A DNA stretch of 64,000 nucleotides. Source: Octopus vulgaris (lineage: Eukaryota). Below, in pieces: positions 13,292 through 28,299 of this stretch. Where the stretch lies: contig OX597821.1 in the NCBI GenBank assembly GCA_951406725.2, positions 14,818,001-14,882,000 of the forward strand. Reading direction: 5' to 3'. Each line of letters starts with the position of its first letter. Within the stretch, counting starts at the first letter, position 1. A program made the position numbers and the translations under genes. The notes beneath the pieces are model-generated. The model saw only the letters and a list, made by a program, of their open reading frames with translations, made no database searches and was not told the origin of the DNA.

Positions 13292-13426
13292 CTGTTGTGT
13301 CTGCGGAGAGTCATTCTCTTTTAGTGCATTATAATTTAACACACTCACCATTAAAATTTCCACTCATTTACTGGTGAGTTAAATTATAAGGGACTAAAAG
13401 CGAATGACTCTCCCCAGACACAACAG
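13292..13426. repeat. Fold-back inverted repeat in (TA)n, probable Penelope pLTR remnant
   Basis: Arms ~13292-13350 and ~13372-13426 are reverse complements with a few mismatches and a 4-bp indel. Confidence 0.75.
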
Positions 13427-13433
13427 TATATAT

Positions 13434-13626
13434 ACTCTTTACTCTTTTACTTGTTTCAGTCATTTGACTGGCCATGTTGGAGCACCGCCTTTAGTCGAGC
13501 AAATCGACCCCAAGGCTTATTCTTTGTAAGCCCAGTACTTCTTCTATCGTTCTCTTTTGCCGAACCGCTAAGTGACGGGGACGTAAACACACCAGCATCG
13601 GTTGTCAAGCAATGCTAGGGGGACAA

Positions 13627-13665
<39 letters not shown>

Positions 13666-13822
13666 CATATATACGACAGGCTTCTTTCAGATTCCGTCTA
13701 CCAAATCCACTCACAAGGCATTGGTCGGCCCGGGGCTATAGCAGAAGACACAGTCCCACGAGGTGGGACTGAACCCGGAACCATGTAGTTGGTTAGCAAG
13801 CTACTTACCACACAGCCACTCC

Positions 13823-13826
<4 letters not shown>
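13434..13826 (-). mobile_element. SINE family A, near full length
   Basis: Colinear with 4529-4977. Confidence 0.9.
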
Positions 13827-13902
<76 letters not shown>

Positions 13903-14620
13903 CATACATGGCGGTGCCCCAGCTTGGCCACAGCTCGTGAGCTGAAACTAGCTAAAATATAAATAAAATAAAAATATATACGTGTGCTTCTGCGTGTGAG
14001 TGAGTGCTTTTTTTTGTGTGTGTATAGCTGTACTAAACTGGAAACCGAATGGACGGCGAGCTTGTTAATCACCCACCCTTACCTCCGCCTGTCATATATT
14101 AGTATAAAAATGTTAAATAAGTATCATGTTATGGTACTTATCAACATATTTCCCATAGTTATTTTCCTAACACGACATCAAATAAAATTACTGTTTAAAT
14201 AAGTTAAATAAGTTAAATGTCAACTAATTCTGAATATTTCTGTTTGGCTAAAAAAAGGTGGGAAAAATTTGGAAAGAGCAGACGACAGTCTCAGCCAATC
14301 AAAAGACACGACAGAAAACCGTGTTTGTTACTGACGATGTCTTTTATCTTTTCTATTTTATTTGTTTATTTGATTCACTGGACTGTGGCCATGCTACAGC
14401 ACCGCCTAGGAATATTTTCAGTTGAACATATCGACCCCAATGTTTATATATTTTGCTGAAAAATAGACACAATTGGTAGTCATGTGCTGGAGGGAAAAAA
14501 AATCGAACATAAAGACACGCTCATACACACACACACACACACATACACACATATATATTTCAGTGGCGTATGGTGGTTGTCGTATTAGATGTGCTGCCAC
14601 ACCCAATGCCGCCAAATTTC

Positions 14621-15477
14621 AAGTTTTCCATTAAGATCAGTAATTAAATTAATGAGAAGGGTTAATATTTATTAGAAATTTGCCATTTTCTATGGGTGTG
14701 CAACGCACACCTAGCAAACCCGGATTATACGCCCTTAATATACATATACCCTTACTCTCTTTTTACTCTTTTACTTGTTTCAGTCATTTGACTGTGGCCA
14801 TACTGGTGCACCGCCTTTAGTCGAGCAAATCGACCCCAGGACTTATTCTTTGTAAGCCTGGTACTTATTCTATCGGTCACTTTTGCCAAACCGCTAATGT
14901 TACGGAGACGTAAGCACACCAGCATCAATTTTGAAGCGATGTTGAAGTAATTCTATCAAAATGCTACCAAACTGCAAGTAGGGGTATCACAAAAGTTTTC
15001 CATTAAGATTTGTACTTAAATTAATGAGTAGGGTTAATATTTATAAGAAATTTGCCATTTTCTATGGGTGTGCAACGCACACCTAGGAAACCTGGATTAT
15101 ACGCCCTTAATATACATATACCCTTACTCTCTTTTTACTCTTTTACTTGTTTCAGTCATTTGACTGTGGCCATACTGGTGCACCGCCTTTAGTCGAGCAA
15201 ATCGACCCCAGGACTTATTCTTTGTAAGCCTGGTACTTATTCTATCGGTCACTTTTGCCAAACCGCTAATGTTACGGAGACGTAAGCACACCAGCATCAA
15301 TTTTGAAGCGATGTTGAAGTAATTCTATCAAAATGCTACCAAACTGCAAGTAGGGGTATCACAAAAGTTTTCCATTAAGATTTGTACTTAAATTAATGAG
15401 TAGGGTTAATATTTATAAGAAATTTGCCATTTTCTATGGGTGTGCAACGCACACCTAGGAAACCTGGATTATACGCC
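14621..15477. repeat. 372-bp tandem duplication (2.3 units) built from a MITE-like piece and a SINE A tail
   Basis: AAGTTTTCCATTAAGAT recurs at 14621, 14993 and 15365; the SINE-tail portions read identical. Confidence 0.9.
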
Positions 15478-15511
15478 GTTAAAAAAATATATGAGTATGT
15501 ATATATGTATG

Positions 15512-15743
<232 letters not shown>

Positions 15744-15774
15744 GATATATACCAGTGAAACTCTGTTGTTGATG

Positions 15775-16225
15775 TTATCGACTAGGCCCCTACCCTCAAA
15801 TTTCAGGCCTTGTCTCTTTAGTAGAGGGGATTAGCATGTATTAACAGTTAGATGTCGAAAAGAAGCTTGGTGGCATTTACACTCTTTACGTCCGGAGTTT
15901 AAATTCCACCGAGCCTTTAATCCTTTTGGGATCGATAATCACCAGATGACACCTGGATCGTTGCAACCGATGGGCATCCTCCTACAAATTTTAGGCCTTT
16001 AGCCTATAGTAGAAAATGCTAGGCAGAATCGTTAGCACACCGCAAAAATGCTTAGCAGCGTTTCGTCCACATTAACTTTCTGAGTTCAAATTTCGCTGAG
16101 GTCGGCTTTGCTTCTCATCTTTTCAAGGTTGAGAAAATAAGAACCTCTTGAACACTGGAGTCGATGTAATCGACTCTGTCATCCACTCAAAAGTGACAGT
16201 CTTGTGACATAATTAGAAAGCATTG
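15775..16225 (+). mobile_element. Cluster of three old SINE family C fragments
   Basis: Repeated GAGTTYAAATT B box, central domain and AAATTTCAGGCCTT tail-2 pieces. Confidence 0.65.
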
Positions 16226-17126
16226 TTATTTTTATTCAGGAATACAGATATTTCTTGAATAATATGCATCTTTAACAGATTCGAAATGTTTTCATCTAAA
16301 CTAGAGTAACGTATAGCCTAGGGAAGCTACGGTGAAATATCATAAGCATAGAATTTGAACAACACGAGGCAGAAGAATTATAAAGTCGATCTTTGAAATA
16401 CTGATCTCTGTATTGCAGAAGCATTTTATGAGCTTCTCTGTCCACACCCAGTCCCATTTCACAACGAAGTAACAGCAATAATGTAACAAAGCCATTATTA
16501 GCAAATGCTATAACTTGAAAAATTTAAACGATCATTTTCATATTTAGACGTTTAGAAAAAATATAAAAATAGAAATTCGTAGTAATTCGGTGAAATGGAA
16601 AAGCTTGATTAAATCTTGCAGAGATTGAAAGAAATCCAATAAAATATCTATATAAATGATGTGTGACAAAAATAGTCAGTCACTTAAGAAAGAAAATATT
16701 TAAGAATATCTTTTTATTACAATTTTATTCGTTGATAGAGGAGGTGTAGTAGAAATAGAAGAAAAAAAAAACACAAACCAGAAATAAAGCAAAATATTAG
16801 AGAAAATATTAACCGAGTTCTTGAAAATAATTTCAACAGAATCTCACGTGCATATACACATACACAAACGTTAATACACACGCGCGCGCGCACATATGTG
16901 AAGTATTCTGTTGCTCTGGTGAAAAGGAGCCAACAGATTGCTAGGATATAAACAATGAGTGTAAGAGCGCATGCGCACGCGCACTCACAAGCATATACAC
17001 ACAACACACAGACAATAGACACAAATATCAAGCTTCCCTTCTTCTCATCAACCTGTTTACTTCGCATCATTTGTAATGCCTGATTATGCTATTAACCAGG
17101 GGTTTAGTTGAGTGATATTTAAATAT

Positions 17127-17437
17127 CACCGTGATCACTGTGACCGACCAGGCTATCAGATGTTGTTACACATCGCTGGTCACAATGCGCTTCGCATTGT
17201 TTTAGCCTTGAAATGACGTCACCCCGCTGGCTAAGCGAGCAGGCCAACAGAAGAAAGAGTGAGAGAAATTTGTGGCGAAAGAGTACAGCAGGGATCGCTA
17301 CCACCCCTTGCCGGAGCCTCGTGGAGTTTTAGGTGTTTTCGCTCAATAAACACTCACAACGCCCGGTCTGGGAACCGAAACCGCGATCCTACGACCGCGA
17401 GTCCGCTGCCCTAACCACTAGGCCATTGCGCCTCCAC
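17127..17437 (-). mobile_element. SINE family B, short-tail type, full length
   Basis: Same head as long-tail B but a different 3' half; TSD ATTTAAATAT at 17117-17126 and 17438-17447. Confidence 0.9.
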
Positions 17438-17705
17438 ATTTAAATATACGATATAAGAATTTCAGGACCTCACTGTTCTGAAATCAATGACGTCCCGTCA
17501 CTCAGTTGCATAGCTATATTCTCTAGGAGAAACTTAGTTCTCTCTTCTATTATTTTTGCTTTGCTTCCTACTAGCCTGATCGGGTGGAAGGGGTCAACGG
17601 CTATGGCATTCGCAGTGCCTACAAAAAGGAGACCGATGTCATTGATCTTCCTTTGAACAGGAGAAAGATGTGCCACACGCTAGATAACGAAAAGATCACA
17701 GAGCG

Positions 17706-17742
<37 letters not shown>

Positions 17743-17815
17743 AAGCATATTACTCTACCACTGGTATTTGAGTACTCTTTTTTCCACCTTGTTTCACATT
17801 TATGTGTTTACTCCG

Positions 17816-17911
<96 letters not shown>

Positions 17912-18211
17912 TATATTGTCATTTTAGTAAATAAATAAATAAGTTGACATAATATAATGTCTAAAAGTTGACGAACCACCTATTGATCCCCTCCATTTTC
18001 TTATTGCTCTATAAATTAATGGTAAAATATCTCTTTACCTTCACCCATTTCGTACACTCGGTAATGTAATTGTAATGCAATAAAAAAACACTTGTGTATT
18101 AATAATTGGGTATTCTACCAGCAGTATATTGGATAGATATTATCCCTTAGTTGGTTGGATTCACAACCTCTAACTTTCTTTCAATATATATATATATACA
18201 CATATATATGA

Positions 18212-18512
18212 TGATAGTCTTTCGTGGTCCGATGAAAAGGGTTCTACAATTTCTTGCTGAACGACCTGCACAATGGATTTATTTATGATGACCAAATGTA
18301 ATGTGCTGTACATTATTTCACTCCCTCCATCAAATCGACATAGTCTTATCAGGTGCACAGTGTACCACACATCAGGTGCTGAAGTAATTACAGAGCAAGG
18401 TGAGATGAAGTATTTTGTTCCGGAACACAACGCACCAACACTGGTCCAGGAACTGAAACAACGATCTCGCGATTGTGGGTGTTAACACCTTAACCACTAC
18501 ACCATGTGCCCT
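18212..18512 (-). mobile_element. SINE family D, diverged
   Basis: tRNA-like head TGGTGTAGTGGTTAAGG; colinear with 41186-41482 (shared ATGTCGATTTGATGGAGGGAGTGA). Confidence 0.75.
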
Positions 18513-19139
18513 CACACACACACACACACACATGCACACACATATATACGCACACACACACACACACATATATATATACGCGCACACATATATACATTTA
18601 CATCCCTCCCTCCGCACATGTTAGAGGATTCGGTACCAAAAGAGCCATTCTAAAAGACTTATGATTAGCTAAATTTACTATTTTAGGAATTCAAACGATC
18701 TGTTTAATAACTTTTGAAAATTTCAGTATCAAAAATAGCAATGCTTTGCCAAAATAAGGGATAAGTAAATTTGATTAGACCTGACGATTGAAAGAAATCC
18801 AATAAAATGCTTACATTTACTCGTAGAGAATATTGATTGGGTGAATTAAAATAAAAATCATTATGTATAAAACAGTATTCTTCATGTATTTCTGTATATT
18901 CTTTGGTTAACTTGAATACTAATCGTGGTGATCAGTATTCTCAAATACGTCTCTGGCTCTCTGGCTCTCACTTAGTCAGTCTCTCTTTGCCTCCCCTCTC
19001 TCACTCTCTGTCTATCTCTCCACACATACGCATACATGGATTATATGTGATACACTTGATACAGATCCAATCTTTTTCATGTATATCTATCTAGGCATGT
19101 AAGCATATAATCACATGCTATCTACGTTGTTCAGATCGT

Positions 19140-19276
19140 TGTCGCCCTCCTCCTCATCATCTTCATCATCTTCAATATTAATACTAGTATGATTAGTATT
19201 ATCGTTTTAGCGCTATTATTATAATATTTTTTTTTATCATCAGCATCACTGTTACTATTATTATTATTACTATTAA

Positions 19277-19333
<57 letters not shown>

Positions 19334-19520
19334 TAATATTATTATTATTATTACTGTTATTATTATTATTATTATTATCATTATTATTTTTATTATCATC
19401 ATTATTATCATTATCATCATTATTATTATTATCATTATTATTATTATCATTATCATTATTATTATCATTATCATCATCATTATTATTATTATTATCATTT
19501 TTATTATCATTATCATTATT

Positions 19521-19607
<87 letters not shown>

Positions 19608-19628
19608 TTTATTATCATTATCATTATT

Positions 19629-19660
<32 letters not shown>

Positions 19661-19701
19661 CCTTATCATCATCATTATTATTATTATTATTATCATTATC
19701 A

Positions 19702-19744
<43 letters not shown>

Positions 19745-19900
19745 CATTATTATTATTATCATTATCATCATCTTCATCGCCATCGTCGTGGTCGTCTCGT
19801 TGTCGTCCTCCTCCTTCTATTCCTCCACCACTTCCTCCTTATCATCCTCATCATCCTCATCGTCATCAACATCGCCGTGCAGCATAATAACCATTCTTTT
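19140..19900. repeat. (ATT)n/(ATC)n/(TCC)n compound trinucleotide microsatellite
   Basis: Direct reading. Confidence 0.95.
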
Positions 19901-21025
19901 AAAACAAGAATTAACGGATAAGGCGGAACAATACTGCTGTTACAATCATCTCTCATCATTCTATATTTGTTTTTAGTTTCAATCATTTTTATTTCATGTT
20001 TTATTTATTTATTTATATATTTTGTTTTTAGTATTTTCTTAATCCTTTCAACAACAAAGTGCTTTGGAATTAATTTTCCTCAAAAAAGAAAGAGAGAAAA
20101 AAAAATAATGAAAGAAGAAAAATTCTTAATATCAGATTTGCAGTCTGTCAGAGCAACAGAAATATTCTGATTCAGATTTTTAGTTTGGGAACGAGAAATA
20201 TAGACAGGGGCTGTGTGTGTTTTGTCTTCTTAAAGCCGTTGCAGTAAAAAAAAAAAAAGTAGGTTGTGATAGGGTTATTAAGTAGATAAGAATAGAAAAT
20301 TGAACAAAACTTCAGGTAACCATAGTGACATCTTTCTTAAGTAACGAGGAAATGATAGAAGCTAAAAAAAGGAAAAGCCGTACAAATGGGCTTTCCGACT
20401 GCAATTGATCTATTCATCCATTCTTCCTTCTATTCTGTCTATCTCTCCTTCAATTCAACTCTCAATCCATTCTTCAGAGCTTTGATACACCCAGCAAATT
20501 CTGTCCATATATATCTCAGAATATTACTCCATCATTTCCTATTATTCTTGAATACAATTGTCAATACATCCATGAGACTTACAAAGCCATTTCGTAATTT
20601 CTATGTCTACGTCTAAGAAGTATGCATTATATTTTTATGTTAATCTATCCCTCCATTCGACTGGCTACAAGTAGATTCATCCTCCTATTTCTTAGCTATT
20701 CAATAAAAAAAAGCCTATCCATTGGTTTTCCTCTCTTTCTATACATCCATCCGTTCGTCCGTCAATCCATCCATCCATCCATCCATCCATTTTCCCATTC
20801 ACTTATATATTCATCCATTATTTGTATGACTACCTTGTTATCTCTTTAAATAAGTTATTTTGAATATTTTGCGTAGTCTGCAAATTGAAGTAAACTAACA
20901 ACAGCTAAGTAAGTAATGGCTATGGATATATTCCCTACCATCATTAAGGGTTTTAACTGAAGTGATCTGTTTTATTTTTGTCGAGAGTAATACTTTTTAA
21001 AACAGTCATATGATTTGATGGAATA

Positions 21026-21216
<191 letters not shown>

Positions 21217-21398
21217 TCTGAAATTTTTGGGGAGGGAACTAGTCGATTACATCGACCCAAGTCTTTCTCTTGTACTTATTTTATCGACCCCGAAATGATG
21301 AAAGGCGAAGTCGTTCTCGGCGGAATTTGAACTGGGAACGCAGCGACGGGCGAAATACCTCTAAGCATTTCGTCCATCGTGCTAAGGATTCTGCCATC
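21217..21398 (-). mobile_element. SINE family C, tail-2 type
   Basis: Colinear with 4990-5200. Confidence 0.8.
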
Positions 21399-21510
21399 GA
21401 AGAGATGATACATGATCGTTCAGCTTTTTGCTAACCGACCTGCACAAATGATTTCTTTATAGTGATCAAATGTTCCCGCTTTCCATCAAATTGACGTTGC
21501 CTGAACAATA

Positions 21511-21640
21511 TTTTTACCCACTCCGATGTTCATACACGGCCAGTTATACGTCGCTATGAGTAGAGCAAACGGACTACAGTAATTTGAAAATTTGCGTCGA
21601 CCAAAAGAAGTTTTGTAATCATATTGATATTATCGAAAGG
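21511..21640 (+). pseudogene. Helitron Rep/Hel PIF1-type helicase C-terminal relic
   Basis: Frame from 21511 reads FLPTPMFIHGQLYVAMSRA, the PVFxHGQLYVAxSR motif VI, then a frameshifted NLKI. Confidence 0.75.
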
Positions 21641-22205
21641 AAAATGATTCATAATTTAAATAAGGAAATTTGTGAACTTTGAATGTATAAAAGTATAAAC
21701 TAGCGTAAAATAGAGTAAACAACTAAAATAAAAGTATATCTAAATAACATTTTTTTTCTTAATACATTTTACGTAGTGGTTGAAAGAAGCTCCGGCTTTC
21801 GTTAGGAGCGGTCCACATAACCATTCATGATACAGAGGCTGGGAGCCTATTTCAGTTCGGGAGTGAATTGTCATCACACGTCACTTAGTCGCAAACACGT
21901 TGTACAGCTACAATAGAATGCTATAACGCCATATTGTGATTTCTCTAGACATCACCCAATAATCTATCAAGTCCATTTACATATTTCTCAATACATACTA
22001 CTGTTATGACTTCCCTCCTTCATTTCATGCCTCCATCGTAGATGGGTAGAACTGCTAGTAAAAGGAATGAAACTAAGATCGGCTTCAAAAATCACATAAA
22101 AGTATGTTCTATTTAATGTGAGAGTATTGATCAATGTTTCATGTAAAAAAAATATTCCCATACAAACACAGTATATTTTTCTAAAGTGTTAATGTAATTC
22201 GTATA

Positions 22206-22645
<440 letters not shown>

Positions 22646-23748
22646 ACCACATTGAGACGTCACGGTAATGTGGTTCAAAGCTTGATCACAGAAACACGAA
22701 AATGTGATACCACGTCTATGATATACAATCCATTTCTAAATTAACATATAGCTTCGCTCCATTGAAAGAAAGAAATAAGTCTCTAATATGACAGTAAGAA
22801 CAATGATATTTCCAATGTGCAGTACAATAGGATATACATCCCCATTTTGAAATGACAGAATGATATTCTATAAACAGTTAAATAATTACTTGATAAATTT
22901 TCGTTTATAGTGCAAGTACCTCACCGATTTTCCAGACATTGATGGTCAAGAACCACTTATAATTCGCAGTAATTTACAAGAAGGAACTGCAAATTCTCAC
23001 ATTCAGCAGCCTAGCTTATTGCTGCCTTGCATAAACTAGTACCCTGCGCAATACTGTATCAATGAAATTGTATTATTTATACTAATGCATTTAATTATAT
23101 ATGTAATTAATTTTTCATTTAATTATATTAGTAAATTTAGTATTTGTTTAATTTAGCCTGACAAATGTTATACTTGTCTATTCACATTCTTTTGGATCAA
23201 TAAAGCGTTATCTCGTAGCTTCAAAATTTTGATGATACCACGGCTTATTTTTTGAATGACATTGTAGGGAAGGTGTGAGAAGTCAGATCTGGATGGTTTA
23301 AGCATAAAACTGGTGAAATATTAAGGTCTCATATGACCAGTTTAAATACTGGTTCAGAAGAAACAGTAATCCGGTAGGATTTTGGAACAAAAGTTTCCGG
23401 AAAATCGATGTTGTGCTCGTGTATTTACTGTTTTCTCATATGGCTAGGTTACCGTTATACATAGCTGTTTGGGTGAGTCAAAGAATACACAATATAAGAT
23501 GACATAAATGATATCTTCTCACACATGCCATCTTTCTGTGTGACGTAAATGATGTGGTATAAAAAGGTGACAAAAACGTATATATTAAATTTCATAGAAG
23601 AAATAATGCATTGACAGTTCGCAGTAAATAGGTTCATTTTCTTTCATGTATTAAATACACGGGTAACACATTTTACCTTTACTTCTTTTCTAACTCGCAC
23701 ACTTAGCCCTCACAATGCACACACACACGCACACACACATACACACAT

Positions 23749-23828
<80 letters not shown>

Positions 23829-23918
23829 ACACCCGCGCTCACAAACCTGCAAATTCCCATTATTCCGCATTGGTATTGAGATTACAAATTTATAAGAGAA
23901 TAATTCTGAAAGACAAAA

Positions 23919-23967
<49 letters not shown>

Positions 23968-24614
23968 TATATACAGATATAGGGACAGGTACTGTGAGTA
24001 AGGAAGGGAATGTTTAGAAGGGTAGTGGGGCTACGTAGTTGCTATCTAATTCATCAGCCCTTTTTGAAAAATATTTTAGATTTATCTTCAAATCAGGTCC
24101 TTTATTATATGAATATGTTTAATATAAAGGCATCTAAGATTCGACTTACACTTATCATAGATACAATCAATCTTTGTAGGTGTATATATATAAATAGAAG
24201 GAATGAAATTTGAAATAATTTTACATTTTATATTAATGCAAGGTTAATACTTGTTGAAAATGATTTTATATTAAAATCTTTGATGGAAAAATAACATATA
24301 CAACATATATAAAATAGAGAAAGCACATATATTCTGTTATAAAATTTAAAGATTCTCGTTCAAAAATAGTATAGCTCAGAGATGTATTGAGGTATTGGCA
24401 GGAAAATTATATTTATACCTTGATTTAGGATTTAAAACTGCATGGAAAATAAGTGATGGTGCAGAAAACTGTAATATAATTAAGAAAATTAAGTTTTTTT
24501 CCAAAGGAGATAAAAAAAAAGGAAAATGGCTCATATATTGCAACGTACATGTGTGTGTTTTTTTAGATTATGAAACTAAAGTCATTATCAACAACAGTGA
24601 TAATAATAGTAATA

Positions 24615-25145
24615 ATGGTTTCAAACTTTGGTACAGGGTCAGCTAATTTGGAGGAGGGTGTGTGTCGATTATATCGATCCCGGTGCACACAACTGGTACT
24701 TTATCGATTTTATCGACTTCTAAAGCGCGAAAGGCAAAGACGACCTCGGCCGAATTTGAACTCAGAATGCATGCAGCGTGTTATCGATTCCGTGAACTCA
24801 CTGCTTTAGCAAAGCATTTCGCCGACCCTCCAGTACTTCGGCTGATGATGGATGTGGACAAGCACTGCGCCCTCGAAAGTTTAAGTAATGTATATTAACA
24901 AAAGATGGAGCTGAGTCTATCCGTTATTAAGGCAGCTATCTGGCAGATTCGTTAGCAAATCGGGAAAATTGCTTGGCGGCATTTGTCCGTCTTTACGTTT
25001 CAAGTTTAAACCCCGTCGTGGCAGCCTTTGTCTTTCATACTTTTGGGGTCGATAATATAAAGACCAGTTGAGCACTGATTTCGATGTAATTGACTTTCTC
25101 CCTCCACCGAACTTGCTGGCCTTATGCCTAAATTTGAAATCAATA
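24615..25145. mobile_element. Two divergently oriented old SINE family C copies (24615-24830 minus, 24925-25145 plus)
   Basis: B box, central domain and tail-2 on both. Confidence 0.7.
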
Positions 25146-25556
25146 TTCATATATATGTATCTATAGATTACGAAAATTCTCTTGAATGTTTCGGAGCCAT
25201 TTTCCTCATTTACAAAAAAAAAAAAAAAAAAAAGTATACGACATTAATATATGCTTTACCGAATTTAATAATTTTTATAATTTTAAAAACAATGTATTTA
25301 TGTACCTTCATTGAATTGGAGAGTTATATAAAAAAAAAAACAGGAATTTCACTAATAACTTATTAATATGCCTCAAACATCTCTGCTCTATTTGAATAGT
25401 TTACACTACTGCATAAGTGAACCATATAAGGAAAGTTATATTCATGTTACAAAGATTTTATACATGGAAATCAAAACATATTTGGTTCAGTTATTAAAAT
25501 ATATTTTTCAGCAAAACATTCAACAATTCTCAAAATATGATATATATATATATAGA

Positions 25557-25612
<56 letters not shown>

Positions 25613-25618
25613 GTTCAG

Positions 25619-25666
<48 letters not shown>

Positions 25667-26044
25667 TTCACTGAACCATACATATATACATACACGCAAT
25701 TTTAAGTAGCCAAAACGTCATTCTTAAATGCAGAAAATTTATTACACATTTCCAAAGCATAGAAAATCAGAAATTATATAGGAAGCAAACAAATATATAT
25801 TTTCAGCACACACACACGTGTATATATATACGTCTATATATATATGATATATATATATATATATATATAAATATATATATATGCATACATACATGTATGC
25901 TTATATATACACATACTTACATAGTATATATATATATATATATACATGCATACTTGTATATATATATATATATATATACATGTATATATATGCACACATA
26001 CATGCATATATGCATACGTGTATGTGTATATATATGTTTATATA

Positions 26045-26085
<41 letters not shown>

Positions 26086-26932
26086 CTGCATGTGTAATTA
26101 TTTGTACTTACACATTGTTTGAGTGAGAGGGCTTTGTCTACCCAAATTCTGCATTATTCAGTGAAGTTTTAGCAACTTATTTTTAAATCTATTTTTTATC
26201 TATACATAAAATACAATCAATAAAAAAACTCACTGCTTTTGATTTATTAGAAATATGTAAAAATGCATATAAAAATGAAATATAGAAATAGAAAACTATA
26301 TTGTACTGTACCATGGTTATGACAACATCTTTGAACTCCACATTGTGTATAGGTAAATCCGTTTTATGATGATGTTGTTATTATTAATATTAGTTGTACA
26401 TATTTCAGTCTCCTAGCAATAACTCTTACGTTAACCAAGTTTCAAAGCATAATCAGAATTATAGTCCTGTTTAGTATAGTAAATTTAACTTGTATTCCAT
26501 GTTGTTATGTCAACGTCAAGTTCTGACGATGTCACCTTAAGGAGATGCCATTTCACGGTCAAAAGAAATTATGTATGAAGTTAGCAAAAGATAATTTGCA
26601 ATGTCAAAAGTGAATGCTTCATTGCATCAAAACAGTACTCATATTTGTGTCCATATATATATCATTTACAATATATCAATACCTCACGTCAATTGTGTCA
26701 GTTATGTCAATTATAATTAGAGTACACCGATCCCGAACAGGTGTATATGTTTGTATCCACGTGTTTTAAGAGATAAACTGGAAACAGTAAGTAAAGTACA
26801 TACAAAGGCTGTAGCGGTATATGGTACGAAAGTGCAAGTAGTAAATTTGTCAAATGAGAGCTAATTTCTAACGTCATTAATGTCGAAATGAAAAGCTGGT
26901 ACAAATTATCACACCAACATACTTCATATTTC

Positions 26933-27345
<413 letters not shown>

Positions 27346-27657
27346 TGTGTATATATACTATTCATAAAATTGCATGTAGAATGATACATATATACAAATA
27401 GGTAAATATTCATAATATATTTGCGCCAATCTTGAGGAATAAATAACAATATTAACCTCATTAATCATTAGATTAGAATTAACAGAATTTATGGTGTTAT
27501 TTCGATTTTAAAATTATCTCACGAAAATCGCAGATTGAAAAAAACTGATGTTATGGCATATCACTCTTGATTGGTGCAGTACATAGCAGTGAGTACAAAA
27601 TGAAAGAAAATATTAAACTGTATTAAAAGTGGTAGATAGTAAGTGATCAGCATCAGG

Positions 27658-27688
<31 letters not shown>

Positions 27689-28299
27689 CATACATACATA
27701 CATACATACATACATGCATACATGCATACATGAATACATACATACATACATACTCATGTAAGGTGCATTCAGCTACGTAGCTAGAAATTTACACAAAACC
27801 TAGAAACATTAAGTTTTTCGAAGAAAGAGCAAAAGAAACTGACATGAATTCCCTAGATCCAATCTATTTGCGGCACAGTGAGGATCTGCAAGACATTTCA
27901 AAGATTCTCCATCCGAAATTTTATTTAGATGACTAGATGTATACACTTGGGTGTGTGCACCGACATTTCAACCAACACACTAACTCAACAACATATTAAC
28001 AAACCCTGGGAACGTTCTTAACTCAAAAAGTCTTGTTGCTTTGTTAGCGACCAGTTTGTACTTTCTTGATAAGAACTAAAACAAAACTGGAAGTAAAAAC
28101 ATCCATCCATCCATACTTGTATACATAGATATATACATATGCGCACATGCATGTATAATTAACTGTAACGAACGAATACGAATTCAATAAAGCACTCAAG
28201 TAAGATTTAAGACCAAGAGAATTTTAGAGGTGTTTTTTTTTTGTTAATTAAAAATGTACTGGCATTTTTAGGAACATTGATGAATGGGTGCAAGCAGAT

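Noticed and set aside
17470-17700. Non-repetitive ORFs of 68 aa (minus) and the overlapping plus ORF
   Set aside because: No recognisable domain or splice structure; possibly an old TE fragment
19199-19783. 194-aa poly-Ile/Met ORF
   Set aside because: (ATT/ATC)n microsatellite
23140-23355. Poly(A) signal and 3' UTR for the candidate exon at 22911
   Set aside because: The segment resembles a decayed interspersed repeat, so the AATAAA is uninformative
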